IMG/VR virus record: IMGVR_UViG_3300021400_000095
Length of the DNA: 64,000 nucleotides
Direction: 5' to 3' (one strand)
Origin: a virus
Lineage: Duplodnaviria > Caudoviricetes
Shown: positions 20,955-31,444 of the stretch, in pieces
Layout: every line of letters begins with the position of its first letter
Position numbering within the stretch: position 1 is the stretch's first letter
Position numbers and translations under genes: made by a program
The notes under the pieces: model-generated
The model's input: only the letters and a program-made list of their open reading frames with translations
Databases searched by the model: none
Told to the model about the DNA's origin: nothing

Positions 20955-21443
20955 ATGTGTATTATTGTAATTGGAAGACTTGGTAAGGATGCTGAAGTTA
21001 ATCAGACTGCCAATGGAACAAAATTTGTTAGATTTACTGTTGCTGAAAATAAGTACAAGAATGGTGAAGATAAAACCATCTGGTATGATGTTATTTCCTA
21101 TGATTCTTTTGTAATCAACACTCAAATTAAGGTTCTTAAGAAGGGTACTTTTGTTGTTATTGTTGGTGCACTTGATAGTAAGATTAATATTGGAAAAACA
21201 GGTAATGTTTACCTAAATCACAATATTACTGCTTGGAATATCAATGTTCCTAATCTTGGTGGAAAAGATAATGCAAGAACTGAAATGCCTGAATCTGCAC
21301 CTGTTGAAACACCTATTGCTCAACCTACTATTTCTCTTAGTAAACTTAGTAAACCTGAGGAAAAACAAGTTCTTAATGAAGCACCTTCACAAGTTACAAG
21401 TGGTACTTTAAATGATGATGGTGGTGATGACCTTCCATTTTAA
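20955..21443 (+). CDS. ssb: single-stranded DNA-binding protein
   Basis: IGRLGKDAE, F.VA, T.WYDV, LKKG..V...G.L; C-terminal DDLPF. Confidence 0.92.
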   Translation: MCIIVIGRLGKDAEVNQTANGTKFVRFTVAENKYKNGEDKTIWYDVISYDSFVINTQIKVLKKGTFVVIVGALDSKINIGKTGNVYLNHNITAWNINVPNLGGKDNARTEMPESAPVETPIAQPTISLSKLSKPEEKQVLNEAPSQVTSGTLNDDGGDDLPF

Positions 21444-21572
21444 AAGGGAACAATATACTTGTTGAAGTCCAGACAAAAAAAGTCTGGACTTTTTTGTAAA
21501 AATTCTTGTTATTGCTGATAGATTTTTTAAAGATTATTATGTGGCAAAGCCAATGGCCAGTTATCCACTATT

Positions 21573-21875
21573 TTAAGATTCCCAGTGAGGTGCAATGTCA
21601 TATGTGTTCAAGTCACCACATACAGCATTATATTCATGTTCAATATTCTTTAATATAGCATAAAGTTCTTCATTTTCATACCTATATTTACCACATAATC
21701 TGGATAATTCTAAACCTAATTCTTGCACCTTTTTTCCCCAATCACATACATCTACAGGTATTTCATAATCAGAAACTGGTTCATTTGTTGCATATTCTTT
21801 CAGTACTTTCTTAACACTTTCAGCAACAATCTGTCTGAGAATGTTTTCATTTATCTTTACAAGATTCTTTTTCAT
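21573..21875 (-). CDS. hypothetical protein with head-targeting-like motif; probably the surviving 3' part of a longer gene
   Basis: VKINENILRQIVAESVKKVLKE; the frame stays open upstream to about 21960. Confidence 0.55.
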   Translation of the reverse strand: MKKNLVKINENILRQIVAESVKKVLKEYATNEPVSDYEIPVDVCDWGKKVQELGLELSRLCGKYRYENEELYAILKNIEHEYNAVCGDLNTYDIAPHWES

Positions 21876-22151
21876 ATTCTTATTTGTTTTTGATTCATTG
21901 GTTATTCCATATTGTCTCAGAATACTGATAGCATCATTTCCTAATGTTTTTCCAAATCTTTAGCAACCAAATCCATAGGTAAATCATTCAAGTCAAAGTA
22001 TTTTATCTTGCAATGGCTACAACAATTCTTTGTCAACTACACACTAAACTAAAGGTTTAGTATCTTCCTTGATGATATTTTCTATGAATCTGCTCTGTTC
22101 CAACTGCATATTATCAGTAATCTATCTCCATATGGATTGTTGTTGTGTCAT
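21876..22151 (-). pseudogene. decayed 5' gene segment containing an IS200/IS605-like end hairpin
   Basis: late motif and ATG at 22151, then several stops and an apparent frameshift; GTCAACTAC..ACTAAAC-TAAAG-GTTTAGT..CTTC at 22032-22068. Confidence 0.45.
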
Positions 22152-22346
22152 TATTTGTATTACCTTTGTAATAAATAGTTTGTAAATGTGGAAAAGTTAT
22201 GGAATACATCAATTATCAGAAAATAAGGTTAATGTTGTACAGTCCTTTGATACTGTATGGAAGCATAAGAATTCTATTGTGATTAAAATTTTTTATCCTT
22301 GCTTTTTTTATGTAAAAATAGTATATTTGTAAAAAAAAATAATACT

Positions 22347-22679
22347 ATGGTTACAATACATCAAATTGAAAATAAAGAACAATATGATTCTTTAATTAAT
22401 TCACCTGATGGGTGTGTTTTGAAAATTTCTGCTGAATGGTGTCAACCTTGTAAGATACTTACTAGAACTATTGAAAATCTTGATGTTGAAAAGGTTGGTA
22501 AAGTGTTTTTTGCAGAACTTGATGCAGATGCTGAGTTTGCTGATGATATTACTTCACAATTAAGAGTAAGAGGTATTCCAGTACTTATCTATTTTAAGAA
22601 TGGTGAAGAAATTCATAGAACAGTTGGTGCTGTTGGTTCACAAGAGATTTATAATGGTCTTGAAAAACTTAATGTATGA
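22347..22679 (+). CDS. thioredoxin
   Basis: AEWCQPC, VRGIP.L..FKNGE. Confidence 0.9.
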   Translation: MVTIHQIENKEQYDSLINSPDGCVLKISAEWCQPCKILTRTIENLDVEKVGKVFFAELDADAEFADDITSQLRVRGIPVLIYFKNGEEIHRTVGAVGSQEIYNGLEKLNV

Positions 22680-22882
22680 TGTTAATTCTTAAATATATTT
22701 GTGCTGTTATTTGTATATTTTGTTTATTGGTTTTTATAAGTAACATTATTACAAATTTAACATCACCACAAGCATTTATTGTTGAAGAAGGTAAACCTGA
22801 CCCAGCAATGAAACATGCTGCACTAAGACTGATTCTATCAATAATAATTGCACTAACTTTTAGTGTTTTAATTGTATTTTGA
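22676..22882 (+). CDS. small two-TM membrane protein
   Basis: two hydrophobic segments. Confidence 0.6.
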   Translation: MMLILKYICAVICIFCLLVFISNIITNLTSPQAFIVEEGKPDPAMKHAALRLILSIIIALTFSVLIVF

Positions 22883-23133
22883 TGGAAAATAATATTGAAT
22901 GGTTAAATGAGAAGATAAAGTCTGTTCCCCAAAAGAATGGCCTTTATCTTTTTATGAAAATATTTCTGTTTAAATGGAAAGGTTTGTCTTATAAAGAAAT
23001 GTACCTAATTCTACAAAATCTATATCAATATAAAAGTGATGAAAAAACAGCCAAATCTAAAGCCTTAGCAGAAATTATAAGGATTTATACATATAACAAT
23101 AATAATTCCCCTAAAATAGAAGGAAATGACTGA
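22879..23133 (+). CDS. hypothetical protein
   Basis: 84 aa ORF with coupled start/stop overlaps. Confidence 0.5.
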   Translation: MMENNIEWLNEKIKSVPQKNGLYLFMKIFLFKWKGLSYKEMYLILQNLYQYKSDEKTAKSKALAEIIRIYTYNNNNSPKIEGND

Positions 23134-23878
23134 TGATTACAATTTTTTTGTCACTATTGTTGCTGATGAACATCCAAAAGAACTAATGCAATATTATGAC
23201 AAAAATTTAAAAGTTAAACCTTATGTGGTTTATAAATATGAAGATGCTGGTTTACTTAAACAAAGATATATTACAATGTGTAATGCTCTTTTAAACAATA
23301 AAGAACTATCTGAAGATGAAAAATCTGATATTAAACTTACTATTGAATCTGTTTCTGATATGACAGATGATGATTTCTATTTTGATTATGTCTCTGAATA
23401 TACAATTGACCCAAAAACAGGTAATGCAATATCAGATTTAAATAAAGATGGAAAATGGTCAATGTTTCAAGATGGTAAACTTTTCTCAGTGCCTTTCATA
23501 ACACTTGATGGCAGAGAAGTATTCCAAGCAAGAAAATCTGAAATTGACTGGTCAAAAATGCATCTTGCTGGCCAGGAAATTTATAAAAGAGCATGGGAAA
23601 TGGTAATGGAAAATAGTAAACCACAAAATGATAATGAGCATATTATCTATGAAAACATGAAAAATAGAACTATGTATTTTTCAAAATTCAAAACAAAAGA
23701 AAATTATGTTATTCATAGTACAGCATTTTGGGGCTATGCTTTCCTTTCAGAAAAAACAGGTTGGAAAGAACTTGAAGAATATATGAACCAATTTGATTGG
23801 GTCTCACATTTTTATGATAATTTTATTAAGCCACTTGATGAAAATACATTGTTAACTATTTTTGAATGCAAAAAATAA
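23126..23878 (+). CDS. hypothetical protein
   Basis: 250 aa ORF followed by a terminator hairpin at about 23878-23903. Confidence 0.7.
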   Translation: MTDDYNFFVTIVADEHPKELMQYYDKNLKVKPYVVYKYEDAGLLKQRYITMCNALLNNKELSEDEKSDIKLTIESVSDMTDDDFYFDYVSEYTIDPKTGNAISDLNKDGKWSMFQDGKLFSVPFITLDGREVFQARKSEIDWSKMHLAGQEIYKRAWEMVMENSKPQNDNEHIIYENMKNRTMYFSKFKTKENYVIHSTAFWGYAFLSEKTGWKELEEYMNQFDWVSHFYDNFIKPLDENTLLTIFECKK

Positions 23879-23923
23879 AGAGAGTAGAAAACTACTCTCT
23901 TTATTTGTTTAATATCATTTGTT

Positions 23924-25186
23924 TTAACTTGCTGCTTGCCAAGCAACTGTCCATCCTTTGGAAGCAGCATTATCAATTGCAGTTTGACTAATTTCTCCTT
24001 GATGTAAATTACTAAATGTAACAGTATGTGGATTTGCTGTACAATCAGCAACATTGTTTAATAAATATTCAATTGAAGTAACATCCATCTTTGGAATATG
24101 TGTATATGTTGAATCATCAGCAAAGTTCCAATCATTGTTATTAAGATTAATAAGTCTAACATCTGTTAATTCAGGACATTCAAATGTTGGACCACTTAAA
24201 CAACCATTCTGTATATTTCCATCAACTGTATGACCACTTGTTAAACTTGCTGCATTCATATTAATTCTTGGACCAAGGAATGTTAATTTCCTACAAATAA
24301 ATGCACCACCAAAATCTGCATTTCCTCTTGTACCATCAAATCTTGGATATAGTGTATTATAAATTGCATCATTTTCATTATCCCTTCCCCAACCAGTTAC
24401 ATATGGAATTGAGGTTAATTCATTACAATTGTAAAAGATATTAGTTGCAGTTCTGACTGCATCCCATCTAAAAGGTCCATTAATTACAAGTGTTTTTAAA
24501 GAAGTATCAGCTTCAAACAAACCAGCAATGTCATGACAACCAAAAATATCAGTACCACCAACATTAAGTGTAATACCTGTTGTTGTTGACATCATTGATA
24601 ATGATGTTTGAAAAACTGAACTATATTGATTTCTAATTGTAATATTTACTTGCTTAGGTGTTAAGTATGTAATTCCTGGATATGTAGTACTATATCTTCT
24701 ACCAATAATACTTGAATCACAAGTATAATAATACCCTTGATTGAATGAAAGTGAAAGAGTTTCAACATTACTCATGTCAAATGGACCACAAAACATTTGT
24801 TCCATAGGTGGTCTTGCAAGTTGAACATCATTATATTTTGCTAAAACATCTGCAATATTCCAACCATATGGAAGTTCCTCCCTCCAAACAAAGGTTACTG
24901 CACTTGTTAAATATGTATCAAAATCAGTGATATCTTCAAGTTTTACTGGACAATTTGAATGTATTTGAATTACTTGATAATCTGATTCAGAACCAGGACT
25001 TTTCCATGGACCAGCATCAGCAACATCAGTTTCTAATGTTGCATAACCTGCATCAAGTAATTCTTGCACTGACATTGTTCTATATACAGGGAATACCTGT
25101 TCATCACCCATATATGCTTTCAATACAAGTGATGAACCAAGGTATAATTGTCCTAAATCTGTAATTTGATTATTACCTAACTGCAT
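23924..25186 (-). CDS. BspA/LRR-like virion surface protein
   Basis: N-terminal LYLGSSLV.KAYMGDEQVFP; F..C..LTSIP repeats; C-terminal A.SKGWTV. Confidence 0.6.
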   Translation of the reverse strand: MQLGNNQITDLGQLYLGSSLVLKAYMGDEQVFPVYRTMSVQELLDAGYATLETDVADAGPWKSPGSESDYQVIQIHSNCPVKLEDITDFDTYLTSAVTFVWREELPYGWNIADVLAKYNDVQLARPPMEQMFCGPFDMSNVETLSLSFNQGYYYTCDSSIIGRRYSTTYPGITYLTPKQVNITIRNQYSSVFQTSLSMMSTTTGITLNVGGTDIFGCHDIAGLFEADTSLKTLVINGPFRWDAVRTATNIFYNCNELTSIPYVTGWGRDNENDAIYNTLYPRFDGTRGNADFGGAFICRKLTFLGPRINMNAASLTSGHTVDGNIQNGCLSGPTFECPELTDVRLINLNNNDWNFADDSTYTHIPKMDVTSIEYLLNNVADCTANPHTVTFSNLHQGEISQTAIDNAASKGWTVAWQAAS

Positions 25187-25188
25187 AA

Positions 25189-28100
25189 TTATGAAGTTGT
25201 TCCTGTTATTATATATAAAGTATTAGAATCTTTTTCTGTTATTGCATTAAAGTCTGCTTGACTTCCTGACCAAATAAATCCTACACTAGAACTTCTTACA
25301 GTATTTTGTGGAATTAATGCATTAACCTCATCCTTTGTATAAACATCAGTCTTGTTAGCCTTTCTGTCATTGAGGTCATTCATTGCTGCTGAAATTACTT
25401 TACCATCATTGTCAATCTCATCCTTTGTATAGAAATTTTCAGCAACATCACCACTTGTGACTAAATTAGCAGTTGCAGTTTCAACAGCAGTTGCAATTGC
25501 AGCATCAGTTTGACCACTTGTGTAATATCCACTCAAATCAACCTGCCCTGAATTACCACTTAATTCAATAATTCTTGAATTCAAGTCATTTAATGATGTT
25601 GAAATAACAAATTCATCATTTTCCCAATCTTCTTTTGTAAGGAATTTATTATCAGCCTCTTCTTTAGTATAAACTGAACCAGTAACACTTTCTTCAAGTT
25701 CACCAATCCTGTCATTGAGGTCATTTATTGCTGCTGCAACAACCTCTTCTTTAGGGTTGAAGAAATCATATGTTACATAATATTCAGTATTAGCTGAAAG
25801 TTGATTGAGTTTACTGTTAATTGTGTTATCAGCACTCTGTCTTTCACTTCTTTCATTGTTAATTGAAGTATTTAACTCTTGCCTGAGACCATCAAGTTGG
25901 TCACTTACATCAATGTCAGCAATTAACTCATCAATTTCTTCCTTAGTATAAATGTCACCCTTAACTTTATCTTCAATACCTTCAACTCTATCATTAAGGT
26001 CATTTAAAGCAGCTGCAATTACCTTTTCATCTTCTTCAAGTTTTTCATTAATCTCATCATCATTTAAAGTTCTTTCAGTAATTTCTTGTGTTAATGCACT
26101 CCAAATGGCTGTTTCTTCAGTAATTGCTCTTTCAGTTTCAGCATCAATCTTGTTATCAAGTCTTTCATCTTCAGCAGTTCTGTCTGCTGTTTCTGCTGAA
26201 AGTGCTGATTCAATTTCAGAAACCTTATTGTCAATTTCAGTCTTGTTATAATAATTTGAAGGGTCAAATAAATCTTCAAGTGGAATTTCTATATCTTCTT
26301 TACCAGCATCAGTATTGAATCTAATTACTAAATTGCTTCCTGATACAAATACATTATCAACCATTCCATCCTTAATGAAATCAGTTGCATCAATTGTATC
26401 AATAACTTCATTATCATGTTTGAAAACAATTGTCTTTGCACTTGAAACATATTCAGCACCATTGAAAGTTCCCATGGTAGCAGCACTTAACTCTGCAAGA
26501 TTACTTTCAATTACTTTTGTTGCACCACTAAGGTTATTAAGATTGTTCTCAATAATTTGAGTTGCACCACTTAATTCACTAATATTGTCATTGATTTCAG
26601 AGATTGCAGATTCAGTTGCTGCTGAAAGTTCATTAAGATTACTTTCAATACCCTGTGTTGCAGCACTAAGTACATCAATTTTTCCTTCAAGTCTGTCAAT
26701 CTCAGATGCTGTTGCACCACTAAGTTCATTAACCTTATTCTCAATAACCTGTGTTGCACCACTTAAATCATCAACCTTTTCATTAATTTCTGAAATTGCA
26801 GATTCTGTTGCACCACTTAAATTAGTAATTTCATTTTCAATTTTATTAATTTCTGAAATTGTAGAAGCTGAAAGTTCATTAAGTTCTTCTTGGATTCTTT
26901 CTGTTGAACCAGAAATATCAATATGTGAAACAATATCATCAACTTCTTCTTTTGTATATACATCAGATTTGTTTGCTTTTCTGTCATTAAGGTCATTTAA
27001 TGAAGCAGAAATAACTTCTGACATATCATCAATTTCTTCCTTAGTATAGAAATTTGTTAATCCAGACTCAATTTCATCAAGTCTTTGATTAATTTCCTCA
27101 ATTTCTGAAGGTGTTAAACCTGAAAGTGCATTAATTTTATCTTCAAGTCTTTGGATTTCTTCATTAGTTTTTGCACTAATAGCATTGTCAGCATTTTGTC
27201 TGTTAACAATTTCAGCTGCTATTTGCTGTCTTGCATATTCATCAGTACCACTACTACCTGAGCCATTTTGAAGTTCTTGTAAAATTGTATCTAATGTTTT
27301 ACCACTTGCCCAACATACCATATCAGCAGTATTATTGGATGCATAATACATCTTCTTGCCAGTATTAGGGTCTTCATACCATTTAAGTAAATTATGTTCA
27401 GCCTCTTCAGGATTTCCTTCAGCAGCATTAATATGATTGAAAATATAATTGTTTAAACCATTATCAATGTCCTCCTTTGTATAATAGTTCTCAGGATTGA
27501 AAATGTCAGATAATGGAATATATACTGTTTGTTTACCTGCTTGTGTATTCCATTCAATAACAAGTTGATTACCAACAATTTCAACTCTATCAATCATGCC
27601 ATCAGTAACAAATTTGTTAGCATTTACTCTTGAAATCTCAGCATCATTTTTACCCTTAAGTACAATATATGTTACATCATCTTCTTCTGCAATACCAACA
27701 GTAAGATTTGTTAATAATCCTGAATTGTCTTGGGTTAAAACCTTATCAGCAGAATTAATCCTTAATGAAACAACTTTATCAGAATCACCTTCTACTAAAA
27801 TTGCACCTTCACCACTAAGTGTCTCACCTTCAAGACTATCAATTCTATCAGAAAGTGCTGAATCTGCTGATTCTCTATTGGCAATCTCATCATTTAATTG
27901 ATTTTGTAATGTTTGTTCTGCTGCTTCTGCTCTTGTTTGTTCAGCACTAATTGCATCTTGAAGAACATTTTCAGCATTCATTGCTCTTTCAATCTCATTA
28001 TTAATTGTGGTATTAAGACCACCTTCAGCAGTAATTGCTCTTGTTCTTTCATTATCAATTTCCTCTTGAAGTGTGCTTTCTACACTTTCTGCTCTTGCTT

Positions 28101-29223
28101 GTTCTATACTGATTGCATTTTGTAAACCTGAAGCAATATCAGCAGTTGCACCACTTAATTCAAACACAGCAGTATCAAGTGCATGGTCAGCTTCTGCTAA
28201 TGAATTAACCTCATCAATAAAATGTGTTGGATGGTCATGAACATATGAACCATCTGCTGCTAAACCAGCACCTGTTTGTGTGTTATCAAGTTCATCTTGA
28301 ATTGCTTGTTCTACACCCTCTGCTCTTGTTTGTTCAGCATCTTTTGCAGCATCAATTGCATCTTGAACACCTGCAACTTTAACACCATTTTCACTGACAG
28401 TTAAGAAGTTTTCAGAAGTGTCATCAATTTTTATTGATACTTCACCAGCAGCATTGACTTGTAAACCATCTTTAAATTCTGCTTCAACAATTAATTTTGA
28501 TATATTAACATAAACAGTTGTTTCAGAACCATCAGCAACAATATAGACCATTTTTAAGAATTGACCTTTATTACCTCTATCATCTTCATCAACCAATTCA
28601 ACAGATTTAAGTGTTTGGTCTTTGTAAATCTTAATTGTTTCACCAAGTTGCTCACCTTCACCTGTAACTAACTTATATGCATCTCTAACATTGGTATCTT
28701 CTGATGTTGCAGAAACAATTTTTAATCCATCAAAGTTTTCAATGAATTCAGTTAATGGGTGATTATGATGAATAAATTTTCCTTCATAACCTGCTGGTGG
28801 AAGGATATTATCAGTTGTAAGTTCAAAGTAAGCAACATTGTCTTTAACAACAGCAGTTACACCACTACCATTAACCCAATCAATTGGGTCAGTTCCATTT
28901 CTTTTAGTATTAATTTCAACACCTCTTAAAGTGCTTTCTTTAATTTCTTCAGTTGCAGCAGATAATTCTTGAATATCAGCATCAATTTTGGCTGTATCTA
29001 TAACATGGTATTTACCATCTTCTTTTGCACCAATAGCCAAAATTAATTGTTGAACATCATTATCAATATATTTCACAACAATTGGTTCACCAAGAAGGGG
29101 TTCACCAAATTTTCCTGAAATAGTTTTAGATTGGTCAACCAATGCTTCAATGTAATTTAAAGCAGCCTCTCTTGTTTCAAAAGGTGTGTCTAAATGTCTA
29201 AACTGTAATCTATTGTTTGCCAT
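25189..29223 (-). CDS. long coiled-coil fibre-like structural protein
   Basis: 1344 aa; ELSGAT heptad repeats, YTKEE(I/V)D and AALNDLNDR repeats, two DGM(I/V)D.V modules. Confidence 0.75.
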   Translation of the reverse strand: MANNRLQFRHLDTPFETREAALNYIEALVDQSKTISGKFGEPLLGEPIVVKYIDNDVQQLILAIGAKEDGKYHVIDTAKIDADIQELSAATEEIKESTLRGVEINTKRNGTDPIDWVNGSGVTAVVKDNVAYFELTTDNILPPAGYEGKFIHHNHPLTEFIENFDGLKIVSATSEDTNVRDAYKLVTGEGEQLGETIKIYKDQTLKSVELVDEDDRGNKGQFLKMVYIVADGSETTVYVNISKLIVEAEFKDGLQVNAAGEVSIKIDDTSENFLTVSENGVKVAGVQDAIDAAKDAEQTRAEGVEQAIQDELDNTQTGAGLAADGSYVHDHPTHFIDEVNSLAEADHALDTAVFELSGATADIASGLQNAISIEQARAESVESTLQEEIDNERTRAITAEGGLNTTINNEIERAMNAENVLQDAISAEQTRAEAAEQTLQNQLNDEIANRESADSALSDRIDSLEGETLSGEGAILVEGDSDKVVSLRINSADKVLTQDNSGLLTNLTVGIAEEDDVTYIVLKGKNDAEISRVNANKFVTDGMIDRVEIVGNQLVIEWNTQAGKQTVYIPLSDIFNPENYYTKEDIDNGLNNYIFNHINAAEGNPEEAEHNLLKWYEDPNTGKKMYYASNNTADMVCWASGKTLDTILQELQNGSGSSGTDEYARQQIAAEIVNRQNADNAISAKTNEEIQRLEDKINALSGLTPSEIEEINQRLDEIESGLTNFYTKEEIDDMSEVISASLNDLNDRKANKSDVYTKEEVDDIVSHIDISGSTERIQEELNELSASTISEINKIENEITNLSGATESAISEINEKVDDLSGATQVIENKVNELSGATASEIDRLEGKIDVLSAATQGIESNLNELSAATESAISEINDNISELSGATQIIENNLNNLSGATKVIESNLAELSAATMGTFNGAEYVSSAKTIVFKHDNEVIDTIDATDFIKDGMVDNVFVSGSNLVIRFNTDAGKEDIEIPLEDLFDPSNYYNKTEIDNKVSEIESALSAETADRTAEDERLDNKIDAETERAITEETAIWSALTQEITERTLNDDEINEKLEEDEKVIAAALNDLNDRVEGIEDKVKGDIYTKEEIDELIADIDVSDQLDGLRQELNTSINNERSERQSADNTINSKLNQLSANTEYYVTYDFFNPKEEVVAAAINDLNDRIGELEESVTGSVYTKEEADNKFLTKEDWENDEFVISTSLNDLNSRIIELSGNSGQVDLSGYYTSGQTDAAIATAVETATANLVTSGDVAENFYTKDEIDNDGKVISAAMNDLNDRKANKTDVYTKDEVNALIPQNTVRSSSVGFIWSGSQADFNAITEKDSNTLYIITGTTS

Positions 29224-29259
29224 ATTATATATTTTTTTTCATATTCTAAATTATTTTGG

Positions 29260-31329
29260 TTATTCAGTTGGTAATTCACCATAGTTTCCATCAAAATCAA
29301 TTGAAATTACTTCACCATTCTTTCTTGAAAGTTTAAGGCCATCATTAACTTTAAGTGAGTGACCATTATCTGCTAAAGTAAACCCTTCAATTTCATCTTC
29401 TCTTTCAGTTGCTCTTTCAGTTTCAGCATCAATCTTATTATCAAGCATTGTTTCTGCTGAAATTGCTCTTTCTGTCTCAGCATCAATTTTCTCATTAAGC
29501 ATTGTTTCTGCTGAGATTGCCCTTTCTGTTTCAGCATCAATTTTTTCATTGATTTCTTCATCAGCAGCAACTCTGTCAGCAATTTCTTGTGTCAAGGCAC
29601 TCCAAATGGCAGTTTCTTCAGTAATTGCTCTTTCTGTCTCAGCATCAATCTTATTATCAAGCATTGTTTCTGCTGAAATAGCCCTTTCAGTCTCAGCATC
29701 AATTTTATTATCAAGTGCTGTTTCTGTTGAAATTGCTCTTTCAATTTCATTATCAATTCTTTCATTGATTTCTTCATCAGCAGCAATTCTATCTGCTGTT
29801 TCTGCTGACAATGCTGATTCTAAGTCATCAATTCTTTCATTAATTTCATCAAATTCTTTACTGAATTCTTTTTTAAGTGCTTCAACTGTATCAATAAGTT
29901 CATAGACACCATCTTCAACCTCATATACTCTCCATTCATGATAAGTATCACCTGAAGTTGCAGGGTCATTATCATAATCAAGAATAACAACTGAATCACC
30001 AGGTCTCATTTGTTTTTTGACCCATTCAGCACCATTCCATTCATTAATGAAATATAAGTCTTGTTTTTCTCTATCTTCATCAACTAATTTATTCCATTGT
30101 TTACCTCTCTTACCATCAAATTCAGGATTTGTAAAACCAATATTAACTGAAGTCCAAATTTGGCTATAGTTAGTATCAGGATTTGAAATTAAAACACAAG
30201 GAACATTATAACCAAGAATATTTGTATATTCATTAAAATCAGTACATTCCAAATTAAAATCTCTAACAAGTCTCAATGATAATCTTGAACTTGGTTTTGA
30301 AGATTCTTCAAGAACATGTGTTGAATCAAATGAGAATGTTCTTGTATATATATTTGGTTGTGCAGATTTGAATTTACTACCTGTTGGTGTGTTTGACCAG
30401 AATGATGAAACCTTTCCAAGACCTTCAATATCATAATTGAAATCACTGGTAATAGCACCTCTACTACCTTCAGCATAACCTACAGGAATAACATGGAAAG
30501 TACCATCACTACCTGTCATTGGAAGGTTATCAAGACCCTTTGTTGGATTACCATCATCATCACCATCAAAGTCTTCCCAAGATGTTGTTGATTTTGCTCT
30601 TATACCTGCAACACATCCTTTCCATTCATTGATTGAATCTGATGTATGATTTCTACACTCATCACAATATTCAGCAGAATTAAGCATTTCACCCCAGTCT
30701 TTTCTTGTAGGGACTCTCCAAGGACTGTTCATTGCAGTTAAAGCACTTTGAATTGCTGTAACACCTTCAAAATTATAAAGAAGGCCAAAAGGCTCAATAG
30801 TTTCTTTTGTTACAATTCTAAAGCCTTTACCAAGGTTATCACCATCAGGCATTGTATTTGCACTGATAGTAAGGTCAAGGAAATATTTTGCAGGAGCATA
30901 TGTACCTGTTTTTTCTACTTCACTAAGTCTAAGTGGGTTACATATTCTACCATCACCTCTAAGTGTATAATCAGTTGCTACTCTCACATCACAACCTTCA
31001 AGAACAAATCCATCTAAAATTTCTTCAGTACCATCAGGGAATGTAATAATAATCTTGCCACTCTTTTTATCAAGTTCAAAATGTGCCTTTGGCATTTCAG
31101 CAACAAGTTTATCACCATTAACTCTTGTTAAAACAAGGTCATTATCAACATATTCAGCATCTTTAATATCATATCCTCTTAAGAAATAGAAATTTTGGTC
31201 CATTTCATTAGCAAGGAGACCACAATGCTTAACATAATCTCCAGGATATTTTGATTGTAATTTAAAATATGTTACACCATTTATTGTTTGCATTACAGCC
31301 CCTTTAGATGTAGTAATATTATTTGCCAT
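29260..31329 (-). CDS. structural protein with FISUMP/C-type-lectin-like domain and coiled-coil repeats
   Basis: GLLYNF, WRVPT..DW, FWS.T, LSLRLVRD; (N/E)KIDAETERAISAET repeats. Confidence 0.65.
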   Translation of the reverse strand: MANNITTSKGAVMQTINGVTYFKLQSKYPGDYVKHCGLLANEMDQNFYFLRGYDIKDAEYVDNDLVLTRVNGDKLVAEMPKAHFELDKKSGKIIITFPDGTEEILDGFVLEGCDVRVATDYTLRGDGRICNPLRLSEVEKTGTYAPAKYFLDLTISANTMPDGDNLGKGFRIVTKETIEPFGLLYNFEGVTAIQSALTAMNSPWRVPTRKDWGEMLNSAEYCDECRNHTSDSINEWKGCVAGIRAKSTTSWEDFDGDDDGNPTKGLDNLPMTGSDGTFHVIPVGYAEGSRGAITSDFNYDIEGLGKVSSFWSNTPTGSKFKSAQPNIYTRTFSFDSTHVLEESSKPSSRLSLRLVRDFNLECTDFNEYTNILGYNVPCVLISNPDTNYSQIWTSVNIGFTNPEFDGKRGKQWNKLVDEDREKQDLYFINEWNGAEWVKKQMRPGDSVVILDYDNDPATSGDTYHEWRVYEVEDGVYELIDTVEALKKEFSKEFDEINERIDDLESALSAETADRIAADEEINERIDNEIERAISTETALDNKIDAETERAISAETMLDNKIDAETERAITEETAIWSALTQEIADRVAADEEINEKIDAETERAISAETMLNEKIDAETERAISAETMLDNKIDAETERATEREDEIEGFTLADNGHSLKVNDGLKLSRKNGEVISIDFDGNYGELPTE

Positions 31330-31444
31330 ATTTAAATACTATTTGTCAATTATTTTTCTTATAAATAGTTGTTATTTTCAATAAATATTTGCCTAACATT
31401 ATATTTTTAAATAATAAAAACCTCTTTATATAAAGAGGTTGCAT

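Noticed and set aside
29260-31329. Diversity-generating retroelement targeting the FISUMP-like or LRR genes
   Set aside because: No reverse transcriptase and no template/variable repeat pair differing at adenines was seen.
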